DNA from: a bacterium
Lineage (GTDB): Bacteria; Zhuqueibacterota; Zhuqueibacteria; Oceanimicrobiales; Oceanimicrobiaceae
Assembly (NCBI GenBank): GCA_037446635.1
Contig: JBBIIG010000010.1
Span: 1 to 64,000, forward strand
Direction: 5' to 3'
Length of the DNA stretch: 64,000 bases
A program made the position numbers and the translations under genes. Under the pieces are notes generated by a model. That model did no database searches. It was not told where the DNA came from and worked only from the letters and a program-made list of their open reading frames with translations. Below, one piece after another: positions 17,317-27,256 of this stretch. The number at the start of each line of letters is the position of its first letter. Position 1 is the stretch's first letter.

Positions 17317-20300
17317 GTGAAAACGAAACTACAAGTTTTGAGCGCATGGTTGTTTTTTTGGGTTGGCGTGCCTGGCCTGATGGCCGGCGAGCCGCTCATC
17401 ATTTCTTCGACTGGCGTACCGTACAAATGGAACAACTCGGCGCCGCTGCCCTTCCACCCGGACGGCGGGGGCTTGGGGCTGCTCGGCAACGCCGAGGCGG
17501 TAGCCATGGCCGACGAGGCGTTTCAAATTTGGGCGAGTGTGCCCCTGACCGACATCGCGTTTTTTAACGACGGACAAATTACCGACACCACCGGCGTCCC
17601 GATCGACGTGACGCTCGCTAATTTGAATCAGATTTCGGACGCCAACGGGCAGAACGAAATCGTTTTTGATGAAGACGGCGAGATTTTCGAAGCGATTTTT
17701 GGACCGGGGAGCGGCGTGTTAGGATTTGCCGGCCCCGATTTTATCACCGACACGGCGCCGTTTTTCGTCCTCGAAGCCTCCGCCTTTTTGAATGGCCGCT
17801 TCGTGGACGGCAACGAAGACAACGGCGAAATTTCAGTAGAGTTGATGAAAGCCACCTTCGTGCACGAATTCGGCCACTACCTCAACTTAGCGCACAGCCA
17901 AGTAAATGGTTTTGCCGCCTTTTTCACCCAGGAAAACGTGCAGGGATTTGGCGCGCCCCCGGATTCTACAGTTGAAACTATGTACCCTATTCTTGGCGAC
18001 GTCGGCCAAACCAGCCCCCACGCCGATGACATCGCGACGTTTGCGTTGCTCTACGGCGAAGCGGGCTTCAGCGCCAGCACCGGCGCGATTGCCGGCCGAA
18101 TCTTTTTCAAGGACGGCGCCACGCCGGCCAACGGCGCCAATGTCATTGCGCGAAATACCAGCGGCGGCGCGGCCACGCTTTTTATTGACGCGGTTTCGCA
18201 AATTTCCGGCGCCTTCAGCGCCGCGCAGTTTAGCGGCGGTTCCTCGGATCCGAACTTAATCGGTCGCTACACGCTGAACGGCCTGACCCCGGGCGCGAAC
18301 TATTCCGTTGAAATTGATGAAATTGGAGTGGGCGGCTTCAGCTCGGCGACCCTCATCCCATTTCCCGGCCCGGAAGATTTTTACAACGGCGCTAACGAAT
18401 CGGGCGATCCGGATGCCGATGATGAAACGGAAATCACCACCGTGACGCCCACGGCCGGCGCGACCATCAATGACATCAACATTATTTTCAACGACGAATT
18501 GCCGCCGCTGGTTTTGGACAAGTATGACGACTCCATTGAAACGATTTTGATACCGCGCAGCCCCGCCGGGTCCAACGACTATTTTGCTGTGCGTCATTCT
18601 GTGCCCGCCAGCATCGACGCCCCCTACACCATTTCCGACATTCGTTTTTTTAACAACGACGATTTGACCGTCTGGCCGCAGGTGATGGTTGTTGCTCCTA
18701 ACGCAAATGGCCAGCCCGATCTCGCCAATCCCCTGGCGGTTTTTAATAACGTCTCCGGCGGCGCCTTACAATTTATCAACATCAACGCTAATCTCGAAAT
18801 CAGCAGCCTCAATGATTTTTTCGTAGTCATTCAACTCCCGCCGGGACAGAGCTTGAACAACGTCGGCTCCGGCGGCGGGCCGGGAGTCGGCACGGACACG
18901 GATTTATCCCTTGGTTTTATTATCGGTAATTTGGTCTCGACCGACGGGGTGAACTTTGTTGAACTGGAAGAAGCGAATCTCGCCATTGAAATTGAGCTGA
19001 CTGGCGCGCAGCGGCCGGACGCTTTCGAGCCTAACAACAATCTGGCCAACGCTAAGCCAGTAATTTTGGGTTCGCGCGTAAAAGGTTACATCGATCCTCC
19101 CGGCGACCTCGACTTCTTTTCTTTCACGGGAACGGCCGATGATTTTATCCGAGTTGATGTCGATGCCGCGGTCCTCGGCTCGACAATGGATGGCTTTGTT
19201 ACGCTGGTGAACAGCTCCGGAGTGGTGATTGCTGAAAACGACGATGAAATCTTTGGCGCCCGCATCGACCCCTTGCTCGAGACGACGCTGCCGGCCAGCG
19301 GCACATACTTTTTGATAATGGATACATTTGAGAACCACGAAAACAACAATCCGGTCGGCAGCCCGGCGCATTTTTATGAATTCACGGTTAGTAAATTGGC
19401 GACCACGCCGCGACTCACGCACGCCACCGGCAACGTCAGCTTCACTATGTGGTCTAACGGCGTTTACGGCGACGACGGCACCAACACCGGCGGCGGCTTT
19501 TCATTCATGGGCAACCCGGGCGCCACCCTTTTTTCCGGAGGATTTTTAGCGGCGACCTCCACGAAAATTGCGGTCAATGTGCCCAGCGTAAGGGACGACC
19601 TTGACGCACCGTTGGTTGATTTTGAGCAGCGAGTTCCCTTCGCGCCGTTTTCATCCAGCGTTAATTTCAATCAAATTGCTTTCTGCGAGTTTGATGAAGG
19701 CGCCGCCAATGCCTTTAATTCTTCCATCGGAGTTACGGTGCGGCAAACCTCGTTATCGAACTCGAGCGATAAATTCGTGTTGGTGCAATGCGAGATCACT
19801 AACATCACGACCTCCGCCATATCGAACATTTATTTCGGGCAGTTCGCGGATTGGGATGTTGGCGTGAACAATTTTCTAAACAATCGCGGCGGCTACGACG
19901 CCTCCCGAAACCTCCTCTATATGTTCGAGTTCGGCAGCAACCCCAATGATGTTAATTTTTACGGCATCAAAGCGCTGCAGCCGGCATCAGGCGCGCGATT
20001 GATTGTAAATAGCCAAACCTTGGTTTTTACGCCCGCGACGGTGTTTGATGCGCTTTCCAATTTTAACGGTCCCGGCCCACAACCAATTACCAGCAGCGCC
20101 GATTACTGGAGCTTCATTGGCTCCGGGCCGTTTACGCTCGGGGCGGAAACCTCCGTTACGGTTGGCTTCGCCTGGGTGGGCGGGACCAGCTTGACCGACC
20201 TGCAGGCCAACGCCGACGCTGCTCAAGCCGCGTGGGATAATTTTGTGGTGAGTGTGGAGGACGAACCCGTGGCCACCGTGCCCGCGCAATTTTTGTTGGA

Positions 20301-20562
20301 GCAGAACTACCCCAACCCGTTCAACCCCTCCACGAAAATTAAATATGGAATTGCGGAGAATACCCAGGTTTCGCTGATCATTTACAACATGCTGGGGCAG
20401 GCGGTGCGCACGTTGGTGGATGAGCGCCAGAGCCCGAACTTTTATGAAATCGAATGGGATGGCCGCAACGACGAGGGCATTCTGCTTTCCAGCGGCGTTT
20501 ATTTTTACAAGCTCACCGCCGGCGCCGAAGTGCAATTGCGCAAAATGCTTTTGTTGAAGTGA
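17317..20562 (+). CDS. Secreted metzincin (matrixin-like) metalloprotease with PPC-like domain and T9SS-type C-terminal domain
   Basis: HEFGHYLNLAH zinc motif, Met-turn TMYP, D.DFFSF PPC-like domain, LEQNYPNPFNP..SGVYFY..KMLLLK. Confidence 0.85.
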   Translation: MKTKLQVLSAWLFFWVGVPGLMAGEPLIISSTGVPYKWNNSAPLPFHPDGGGLGLLGNAEAVAMADEAFQIWASVPLTDIAFFNDGQITDTTGVPIDVTLANLNQISDANGQNEIVFDEDGEIFEAIFGPGSGVLGFAGPDFITDTAPFFVLEASAFLNGRFVDGNEDNGEISVELMKATFVHEFGHYLNLAHSQVNGFAAFFTQENVQGFGAPPDSTVETMYPILGDVGQTSPHADDIATFALLYGEAGFSASTGAIAGRIFFKDGATPANGANVIARNTSGGAATLFIDAVSQISGAFSAAQFSGGSSDPNLIGRYTLNGLTPGANYSVEIDEIGVGGFSSATLIPFPGPEDFYNGANESGDPDADDETEITTVTPTAGATINDINIIFNDELPPLVLDKYDDSIETILIPRSPAGSNDYFAVRHSVPASIDAPYTISDIRFFNNDDLTVWPQVMVVAPNANGQPDLANPLAVFNNVSGGALQFININANLEISSLNDFFVVIQLPPGQSLNNVGSGGGPGVGTDTDLSLGFIIGNLVSTDGVNFVELEEANLAIEIELTGAQRPDAFEPNNNLANAKPVILGSRVKGYIDPPGDLDFFSFTGTADDFIRVDVDAAVLGSTMDGFVTLVNSSGVVIAENDDEIFGARIDPLLETTLPASGTYFLIMDTFENHENNNPVGSPAHFYEFTVSKLATTPRLTHATGNVSFTMWSNGVYGDDGTNTGGGFSFMGNPGATLFSGGFLAATSTKIAVNVPSVRDDLDAPLVDFEQRVPFAPFSSSVNFNQIAFCEFDEGAANAFNSSIGVTVRQTSLSNSSDKFVLVQCEITNITTSAISNIYFGQFADWDVGVNNFLNNRGGYDASRNLLYMFEFGSNPNDVNFYGIKALQPASGARLIVNSQTLVFTPATVFDALSNFNGPGPQPITSSADYWSFIGSGPFTLGAETSVTVGFAWVGGTSLTDLQANADAAQAAWDNFVVSVEDEPVATVPAQFLLEQNYPNPFNPSTKIKYGIAENTQVSLIIYNMLGQAVRTLVDERQSPNFYEIEWDGRNDEGILLSSGVYFYKLTAGAEVQLRKMLLLK

Positions 20563-20600
20563 CGGGCTGAATTTTAAAACGACACATTTTTTTGAAACGG

Positions 20601-20628
20601 GTAGGGGCGATTCATGAATCGCCCCTAC
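20601..20628. repeat. GTAG-type REP palindrome
   Basis: Perfect palindrome GTAGGGGCGATTCATGAATCGCCCCTAC. Confidence 0.8.
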
Positions 20629-20653
20629 GCCCTTATTGAATCGGAGCCAAAAC

Positions 20654-21175
20654 ATGAATTCGATTCCAATTTCAAGGGTTTCCATTTTCTTTTTTGTTCT
20701 GGTTGTGATCGTGTTTGCCAGCCACTGCAAAAAGAAAATGGGGCGGGCGCCGGCAGCGGAAACCCCCGCACTTTCAACAGAAACGGCAAAGGTAGCGCCG
20801 GCGGTGGTGGATACGTTTAAAATCAGTTTCTCCCGCGGCGGCGGGTTCACCGGGTTGGTGAGTGGGTACACCCTGCACTCCGACGGCGTCGTTCAACACT
20901 GGCAGCGAATGCCGGCCGGGCCGGATTCGATTCTGTGGGCGATGACCGTCGAGCCGGCGCAAATTCAAACCTTCAAACAGCAATTACACGACACCGGAAT
21001 GTTAGAAAAAAAGCTGGACGAAACCGCCAACCTCACCACGGTGGTCGTACTGGAATCGCCGTCCCATCAGTACCGTTGGAGCTGGAGCGGCGTTTCTCCC
21101 CCGGAGTCGTTGCCGCTGGCGTTCAAAGCGTGGTGCGAGCAGGTGGAGGCGTTCTGCAAGAATCTAAAAAAGTAA
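20654..21175 (+). CDS. Lipoprotein, possible emfourin-like M4 protease inhibitor
   Basis: Lipobox-like VFASHC; ISFSRGGGFTG motif; lies directly upstream of an M4 protease. Confidence 0.5.
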   Translation: MNSIPISRVSIFFFVLVVIVFASHCKKKMGRAPAAETPALSTETAKVAPAVVDTFKISFSRGGGFTGLVSGYTLHSDGVVQHWQRMPAGPDSILWAMTVEPAQIQTFKQQLHDTGMLEKKLDETANLTTVVVLESPSHQYRWSWSGVSPPESLPLAFKAWCEQVEAFCKNLKK

Positions 21176-21216
21176 AACCCATTCAAATTTTCATAACCCT
21201 AAAATGGAGCACGGCC

Positions 21217-24200
21217 ATGAAAAGTAGTCGCTACTTTGTTTTGTTGATGATTGCGTTTATCGGGCTGGGGGCATCGTCCGGATCGAAAAAAAGCAGCATC
21301 ATCGAAAGCCAGGGGTGGCAGAACAAACAAAAGCGTCTGGCTTCAACCGGTCAAAAAATTAGCCACAGTGAATTGCAGGCGATAAACCGCAACGTGCAAA
21401 ACGCGCTTTCGCAGAAGGCGCTGCTTAAAACAAACACATCGCGTAAATCGTCGTCGCGGCTGCGCCAGGTTTTTAAACAAGGGGGATACCAGCCCATGAA
21501 GTTAAGCGCGGCGGGGGAAGCGGCCTCACGGCTGTCCGATCTCAACATCTACTGGCACGAGAAAAATCGCACGCCGGTTTTCATCACCGGCGCCGGATTG
21601 CAGCGGCAGAGCCAGCGGCTGCAGCTTGCCAAAACCGCTTCCTCCGCACAGGCGGCGATAATTTACTTGGCGGAGAATCGCGAGCTGTTCAAGCTCGAAA
21701 ATCCCGAGCAGGAAATGCAGCCGGTTTGGGAAACCGCCGATCGCTTGGGGATGCGGCACGTCCAGTTTCAACAGGTCTATCACGGCGTGCCGCTTTGGAA
21801 GCAAAGTCTGGTGGCGCATTTTGACGCCGAGGGTTCGCTCTACGCTATCAACGCCCGCTATTCGCCGACGCCGGACGAGGTGGACGTAACTCAGTTTCGT
21901 TTGAGTTCAGCGGAGGCGGTCACCATTGCTGAAGGCGATCTCGGCGGCAAAACCAGCTTCCAAACTTTTGACGATTGGACGAAGGCAATTTTAGGGTACG
22001 AGCAGCCGACAGCGCAAAAATATATTTGGGTGAATCCGGAGACTCAAAGTCCCCACCTCATTTGGCACGTGACCGTTCGTCCCAATTTGCGCGACCACTG
22101 GTACTATTTCATCGACGCCGGCTCCGGCGCAATTTTGGAAAGCTACAACGCCACCAATTTCGACGGTCCGGCCACGGCCAACGCCACCGATCTCAATGGG
22201 GTAACTCGTACCATCCACACTTTTGAACTCAGCAATGCCTTTTTTATGATTGACGCTTCTCGCGACATTTTTGACGAGGTCGCCTCCAACCTCCCCAACG
22301 ACCCCCGGGGCGCGCTGTGGACCATCGATGCGAACGGAAAAGATCTGGCGCAGGGCGTGGAACTCTTTCACGTCACTTCCGCCAATAACACCTGGAACGA
22401 CGCGGTCTCGGTCTCCGCTCATTTTAATGTGGGTGAAGTTTTCCAGTATTACCGCACCACCCATGATCGTCTGGCCATCGACGGCAACGGCAGCACCATC
22501 ATTTCGATTATTCACGTTACCGATGACGGCCAGCCCATGGACAATGCTTTCTGGAACGGCGTGGTGATGGCCTACGGCGACGGCAACCAGGCGTTCGACC
22601 CACTGGCCGGCGGCCTCGACGTCGCCGCCCACGAAATGACCCACGGCGTGATTCAGCACACGGTGGATTTGGAATATAAATTTCAATCCGGCGCGCTCAA
22701 CGAATCGCTGGCGGACGTGTTCGGCGTGATGGTGGATCGCGATGACTTTAAGATGGGGGAAGACGTGGTACGCACGACGTTTTTTCCTTCCGGCGCGCTG
22801 CGGGATTTAGAAGACCCCCACAACGGCGGCAATCAGTTTGGCGATCGCGGCTGGCAGCCGGCGCACATGAACGAATTCGTGAATCTTAATATTAATCAGG
22901 ACAACGGCGGCGTGCACGTCAACAGCGGCATCCCCAACCGCGCCTGCTTTTTGATCGCCGACGCCATCGGCCGCGAAAAGACCGAGCAAATCTATTACCG
23001 GGTGCTCGATGCGAAGTATCTTAACGGCCAATCCAATTTTGTCGATATGCGGCTGGCGGCGATCCGCGCCGCGACGGATTTGTTTGGCGATCCCTCCGCG
23101 GAAGTGGCTGCGGTCAAAGCCGGCTTCGATGGCGTGGGCATCGTTGGCGAGGAAGGCACGCCGCCACCTCCGGACACGCCGCCAGTGGAGGGGGAACAGT
23201 TCATCGCGGTGGTGAACGCGGAAGCCACGGACAATAGTTTATTTTTGGTCAACCCGGATGACGGCAATGACTTCTTCCAGCTCACCCCAAGACAGGTGTT
23301 TACCGGCACCGGCAATCCCATGGCCATTTCAGATGACGGATCCGTCCTGATGTTTGTTGATGAACAGAATGATATTCGTCTTATAGTTGACGGGACGGAA
23401 AGCGTGATTGGCGATCAAGGCTTTTGGAGTTCCATCGCTCTTTCTCCGGACGCCACTAAATTAGCCGCCACAACTGTGTTTATAGACACAACTATTTACG
23501 TTTTCGACTTTGTCGCGGATATTGTCAAGGCCGTGCGGCTTTATACCCCCACCACGGCGGAAGGCGTCAAGGCCGAAAACACGCTATTTGCGGATGCGCT
23601 GGATTGGGATTTAAGCGGGGAGTTCCTGTTGTATGATGCTTTCAACCGTATTCCGCAGTCCGGCGGCGGCGCCATCGAATACTGGGATATCAATGTGTTG
23701 GACGTGGAAAACGAAATCATCTTTCCGATCTTTGAGCCGCAGCCGGTGGGCATCAACGTCGCCAACCCCTCGTTTGCTCAAACCAACGACGCGTTCTTTG
23801 TGTTTGATTTGATCGACCTCAATCTCGGTGAAGATGAAATCCGCGCCGTCGATCTGTTCAACGGCATTGAAAATTTGATCGAGGAAAATGGTACCTCCAT
23901 CGGCTACCCGCGCTATTCCCCGGATGACAGCCGAATCGTCTTCGAACGGGACGAGGGTGTAACCCCCACAATCCGGCAGATGCCCATTGCTGCCAACCGC
24001 ATCGCGGCGGCTGGGCCGTCTGTGTTCTTTGTGTCCGAGGCGCAGCGTCCGAGTTGGTTTGCGGTTGGTGAGCGGCCAACGGAGGTGGAGGAGCCGCCCT
24101 CCGTTGTGCCGGAGCTTTTTGTTTTGCATCAAAACTATCCGAATCCATTCAACCCGGAGACCGCCATTCGCTATGAATTGCCGGCGTCGGCGCAGATCAC

Positions 24201-24405
24201 GCTAAAAATCTTTGACCTCAAAGGGCGCCTGGTTGCCGAGCTGGAAGCCGGCCAGAAGGAAGCTGGCGTGCACACCGCGCGCTGGAACGGCCGCGATGAT
24301 TTAGATCGTCCGGCGGCGAGCGGCGTCTATTTTTATCGCCTCGAAGCCCGTTCGGAAAATGGCGCCGTCTCGCAGTTGAGCAACAAAATGACGTTGCTCA
24401 AATAG
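21217..24405 (+). CDS. Thermolysin-family (M4) metalloprotease with FTP/PepSY propeptide, TolB-like propeller and T9SS-type C-terminal domain
   Basis: DNAFWNG, HEMTH, GALNESLAD, GGVHVNSGIPN; LHQNYPNPFNP..KMTLLK; ATG 21217 followed by a signal peptide. Confidence 0.92.
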   Translation: MKSSRYFVLLMIAFIGLGASSGSKKSSIIESQGWQNKQKRLASTGQKISHSELQAINRNVQNALSQKALLKTNTSRKSSSRLRQVFKQGGYQPMKLSAAGEAASRLSDLNIYWHEKNRTPVFITGAGLQRQSQRLQLAKTASSAQAAIIYLAENRELFKLENPEQEMQPVWETADRLGMRHVQFQQVYHGVPLWKQSLVAHFDAEGSLYAINARYSPTPDEVDVTQFRLSSAEAVTIAEGDLGGKTSFQTFDDWTKAILGYEQPTAQKYIWVNPETQSPHLIWHVTVRPNLRDHWYYFIDAGSGAILESYNATNFDGPATANATDLNGVTRTIHTFELSNAFFMIDASRDIFDEVASNLPNDPRGALWTIDANGKDLAQGVELFHVTSANNTWNDAVSVSAHFNVGEVFQYYRTTHDRLAIDGNGSTIISIIHVTDDGQPMDNAFWNGVVMAYGDGNQAFDPLAGGLDVAAHEMTHGVIQHTVDLEYKFQSGALNESLADVFGVMVDRDDFKMGEDVVRTTFFPSGALRDLEDPHNGGNQFGDRGWQPAHMNEFVNLNINQDNGGVHVNSGIPNRACFLIADAIGREKTEQIYYRVLDAKYLNGQSNFVDMRLAAIRAATDLFGDPSAEVAAVKAGFDGVGIVGEEGTPPPPDTPPVEGEQFIAVVNAEATDNSLFLVNPDDGNDFFQLTPRQVFTGTGNPMAISDDGSVLMFVDEQNDIRLIVDGTESVIGDQGFWSSIALSPDATKLAATTVFIDTTIYVFDFVADIVKAVRLYTPTTAEGVKAENTLFADALDWDLSGEFLLYDAFNRIPQSGGGAIEYWDINVLDVENEIIFPIFEPQPVGINVANPSFAQTNDAFFVFDLIDLNLGEDEIRAVDLFNGIENLIEENGTSIGYPRYSPDDSRIVFERDEGVTPTIRQMPIAANRIAAAGPSVFFVSEAQRPSWFAVGERPTEVEEPPSVVPELFVLHQNYPNPFNPETAIRYELPASAQITLKIFDLKGRLVAELEAGQKEAGVHTARWNGRDDLDRPAASGVYFYRLEARSENGAVSQLSNKMTLLK

Positions 24406-24447
24406 GGCGCCGCATAAAATCCCTTTCCCCTCCAAGGAGAAGGTTAG

Positions 24448-24578
24448 AAGGCTGGTCGGAAAATGGAATGTGCGAGCGACTTCATCCTTCGACTCCGCTC
24501 AGTATGAAGCTAATTCTTTTCATGGTGTGCGGAGTCGAACCATGAATTTGTGACATCAAGCATTTTCCGACCAGCCTT
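24448..24578. mobile_element. 131-bp MITE with 18-bp terminal inverted repeats and TTAG target-site duplication
   Basis: AAGGCTGGTCGGAAAATG ... CATTTTCCGACCAGCCTT flanked by TTAG at 24444-24447 and 24579-24582. Confidence 0.8.
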
Positions 24579-24601
24579 TTAGGATGGGTCAAATGATTTT
24601 T

Positions 24602-24678
24602 GGGACACGGATTACGCAGATACGCGCAGATTAATTTCCAATCAAAAATCTGCGTTCATCTGCGTAACTCTGTGTCCC
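24602..24678. repeat. Long imperfect inverted repeat between convergent genes (REP-like or terminator)
   Basis: GGGACACGGATTACGCAGAT... / ...ATCTGCGTAACTCTGTGTCCC. Confidence 0.65.
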
Positions 24679-24693
24679 TTTTTTATTGGCGAG

Positions 24694-25404
24694 TTATTTG
24701 GCGATCACGGTGTTTAGTCCGATGGCGGATTGCAATCGTTTTTCTTCTCGATCGCGCTCATCGGCGCAGCGCAGCAGTTTCAAAAATTCCACCAGATCAA
24801 TGAGCAGCAACGACAGCGTTGCGGCGCTCGCCAGCCAAAGTAAACTTCCCGCCACCACCACTTCGAGCAGCAGGGCTCCCGCCATCAGCAATCGCCCTTC
24901 GGTGGGACCGATTTTGCCGCTGTCGATGCGATATTCATCGGTGATCTTGTAAGCCAGCGTCGCGATCAACATCCTGCCGGCATACGCGACGAGCAGCGCC
25001 GCCGGCACAAATTTGAGAACGGGAAAATAGAGCGTGAATCCCGCCATGATAAAACAGAGCGACACCCAATCCGCGCCGATGTCGAGCGCGAAGCCGTACC
25101 ACTTGCGCGGCCGATTGCGGAAATAGGCGAGCCGGCCATCGAGGGAATCTCCCAGCCACTGCACTGCTAAACCAACGATCCCGGCCAGCAACCAGAGACG
25201 ATTTTGTTTGGCGAGAAAACATGCCGCAAACATAGCCGCGCTTCCCAAAACGGCCAACGCCGTCAACATATTGGACGTGACGAAGCGCGGCATGCGGCGG
25301 CACAGCCAATTCACCGCGGCAGCTTCCTGCCGCTTGAGCCAGTTGCTGCGCTGGCGCTCGCTGCCATTGTTGTTGACTTTCACTTTTTGGGCTGCAAAAT
25401 TCAT
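24694..25404 (-). CDS. CDP-alcohol phosphatidyltransferase family protein
   Basis: TSNMLT and DSLDGRLAY..R..YGFALDIGAD signature; GGGAG RBS before ATG 25404. Confidence 0.85.
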   Translation of the reverse strand: MNFAAQKVKVNNNGSERQRSNWLKRQEAAAVNWLCRRMPRFVTSNMLTALAVLGSAAMFAACFLAKQNRLWLLAGIVGLAVQWLGDSLDGRLAYFRNRPRKWYGFALDIGADWVSLCFIMAGFTLYFPVLKFVPAALLVAYAGRMLIATLAYKITDEYRIDSGKIGPTEGRLLMAGALLLEVVVAGSLLWLASAATLSLLLIDLVEFLKLLRCADERDREEKRLQSAIGLNTVIAK

Positions 25405-25438
25405 TATGATACTCCCGATTGATTTTGCAACCACTATT

Positions 25439-25454
25439 TACAATCGCTGTGCCA
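25439..25454 (-). promoter_or_regulatory. Sigma-54 -24/-12 promoter (variant -12 TTGT)
   Basis: TGGCAC-AGCGA-TTGTA on the minus strand about 35 nt before the ATG. Confidence 0.5.
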
Positions 25455-25535
25455 GTCCCAATTGGATATTTTGTGCAGTACGAAACGCAGTTGGAACGAT
25501 GAATTGTGAAGCAGAGGAACGGAAGGTGTGAACTT

Positions 25536-25568
25536 ACGTGCCAGGCACTTTCAAAGTGCCTGGCACGT
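25536..25568. repeat. REP-like palindrome, TGCCAGGCACTTT-N-AAAGTGCCTGGCA family
   Basis: Same element at 30485-30592 (three copies) and 44052-44086. Confidence 0.85.
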
Positions 25569-25646
25569 TTTTGCCCCAAATCCCTTGCAATTTTTTTGCG
25601 CATCCACTACCTTGCAAAAAAATTTCAGAGGAGAAAGAAGACGCAG

Positions 25647-27254
25647 ATGCAAATCCACGGTTGGTTGGCTTTTTTTTTCGTTTTTATTTTAATTCCCCAC
25701 CTCTATTCGCAGGAAAAACCCAAATCCATTCCTGCCGCGCCGCCGCGCGCCGAAGGCGAGGGGCCGTTCCAGCGGCTGATTTTGCGGGGCGGAATTTTGA
25801 TCGACGGCACCGGCGCGCCGCCGGTGGGCCCGGTGGACGTCATCATTGAGGGCAACAAAATCACCCGCATCCGCAGCGTGGGATTTCCGGGCGTGCCCAT
25901 CGAGCCGGCAAGCCGTCCGGAAGCCAAAGAGGGCGACAAAGAATTGGACATTGAGGGCATGTACGTGCTACCGGGATTTGTCGATATGCACGGCCACATC
26001 GGCGGCGTGGAGCAGGGCACGCCGGCGGAGTACGTTTTCAAATTGTGGATGGGACACGGCATCACCACCGTGCGCGATCCCGGCGCCGGCAACGGGCTCG
26101 ATTGGACGCTCGATCACAAAAAGAAAAGCGCTAAAAATGACATCACCGCGCCGCGCATCAAGGCTTACGCCTATTTTGGGTTGGGACACGACGGCCCAAT
26201 TCGCACGCCGGAAGAAGCGCGCAAATGGGTCGCCGAAGTTGCCCGCAAAGGTGCGGACGGCCTGAAGATTTTCGCGCTGAGTCCGGAGTTGATGACCGCC
26301 ACGTTAGACGAAGCCAAAAAGCACGGCCTGCGGGCCGCCTCGCATCATCCGCAAGTGAGCGTGGCGCGCATGAACGCGCTGCAAACCGCGCGGCTCGGTT
26401 TGATGACGATGGAGCACTGGTACGGACTCCCCGAAGCTCTGTTCACCGAGCAAACTGTGCAGGACTTTCCACTCGATTACAATTACAGCGACGAGTACCA
26501 CCGCTTCTCCCAAGCTGGCCGTTTGTGGAAACAGGCCGCGCCGCCGTTCAGCGAAAAATGGAGCGCGGTGATGAACGAGCTGCTGGCGCTGGATTTCACC
26601 CTCGATCCCACGTTCACGATTTACGAAGCCGCTCGCGACTTCGACCGCGTGCGCCGCGACGAGTGGCACGACGAATACACCCTGCCGTCGCTGTGGGAAT
26701 ATTTTCGGCCCAATCGCAAAGCCCACGGCTCGTTTTGGTTCAACTGGACGACGCAAGACGAGATTGAGTGGAAGAACAATTTCCGGCTGTGGATGACGTT
26801 CATCAACGAGTATAAAAATCGCGGCGGCCGCGTCACCTGCGGCTCCGACGCCGGCTACATTTACAAAATTTACGGCTTCGGTTACATCCGCGAGTTGGAG
26901 CTGCTGCAGGAAGCCGGCTTCCACCCGCTGGAAGTGATTCGCTCCGCCACGTTGTACGGCGCGCAAGCGCTGGGATTGGAGAAAGAAATTGGCAGTGTTG
27001 AAATTGGCAAGCTGGCGGATTTAGTGGTGGTGGAAGAAAATCCGCTGCAAAATTTTAAAGTACTGTACGGTACTGGTGCGATCAAAGTGAATGAGAAAAA
27101 CGAGGTCGTGCGGGTGGGCGGCGTGAAATACACCATCAAGGATGGAATTATTTACGACGCCAAAAAATTGCTGGCGGATGTGCGGAGGATCGTGCGCGCG
27201 GCCAAAGAGCAGGCGGGCATCACAAATTTGTTGCCACCCGGCATGGGGAATTGA
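25647..27254 (+). CDS. Exported amidohydrolase-superfamily protein
   Basis: Signal peptide; LPGFVDMHGH, GITTVRD, GSDAG, GSVEIGKLADLVV. Confidence 0.88.
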   Translation: MQIHGWLAFFFVFILIPHLYSQEKPKSIPAAPPRAEGEGPFQRLILRGGILIDGTGAPPVGPVDVIIEGNKITRIRSVGFPGVPIEPASRPEAKEGDKELDIEGMYVLPGFVDMHGHIGGVEQGTPAEYVFKLWMGHGITTVRDPGAGNGLDWTLDHKKKSAKNDITAPRIKAYAYFGLGHDGPIRTPEEARKWVAEVARKGADGLKIFALSPELMTATLDEAKKHGLRAASHHPQVSVARMNALQTARLGLMTMEHWYGLPEALFTEQTVQDFPLDYNYSDEYHRFSQAGRLWKQAAPPFSEKWSAVMNELLALDFTLDPTFTIYEAARDFDRVRRDEWHDEYTLPSLWEYFRPNRKAHGSFWFNWTTQDEIEWKNNFRLWMTFINEYKNRGGRVTCGSDAGYIYKIYGFGYIRELELLQEAGFHPLEVIRSATLYGAQALGLEKEIGSVEIGKLADLVVVEENPLQNFKVLYGTGAIKVNEKNEVVRVGGVKYTIKDGIIYDAKKLLADVRRIVRAAKEQAGITNLLPPGMGN

Positions 27255-27256
27255 CC

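Noticed and set aside
20935..21216. N-terminal extension of the M4 protease in the ORF track (similarly 10344, 13666, 25506, 28705)
   Set aside because: Overlaps the upstream gene or a repeat; downstream ATGs with RBS and/or signal peptide fit better
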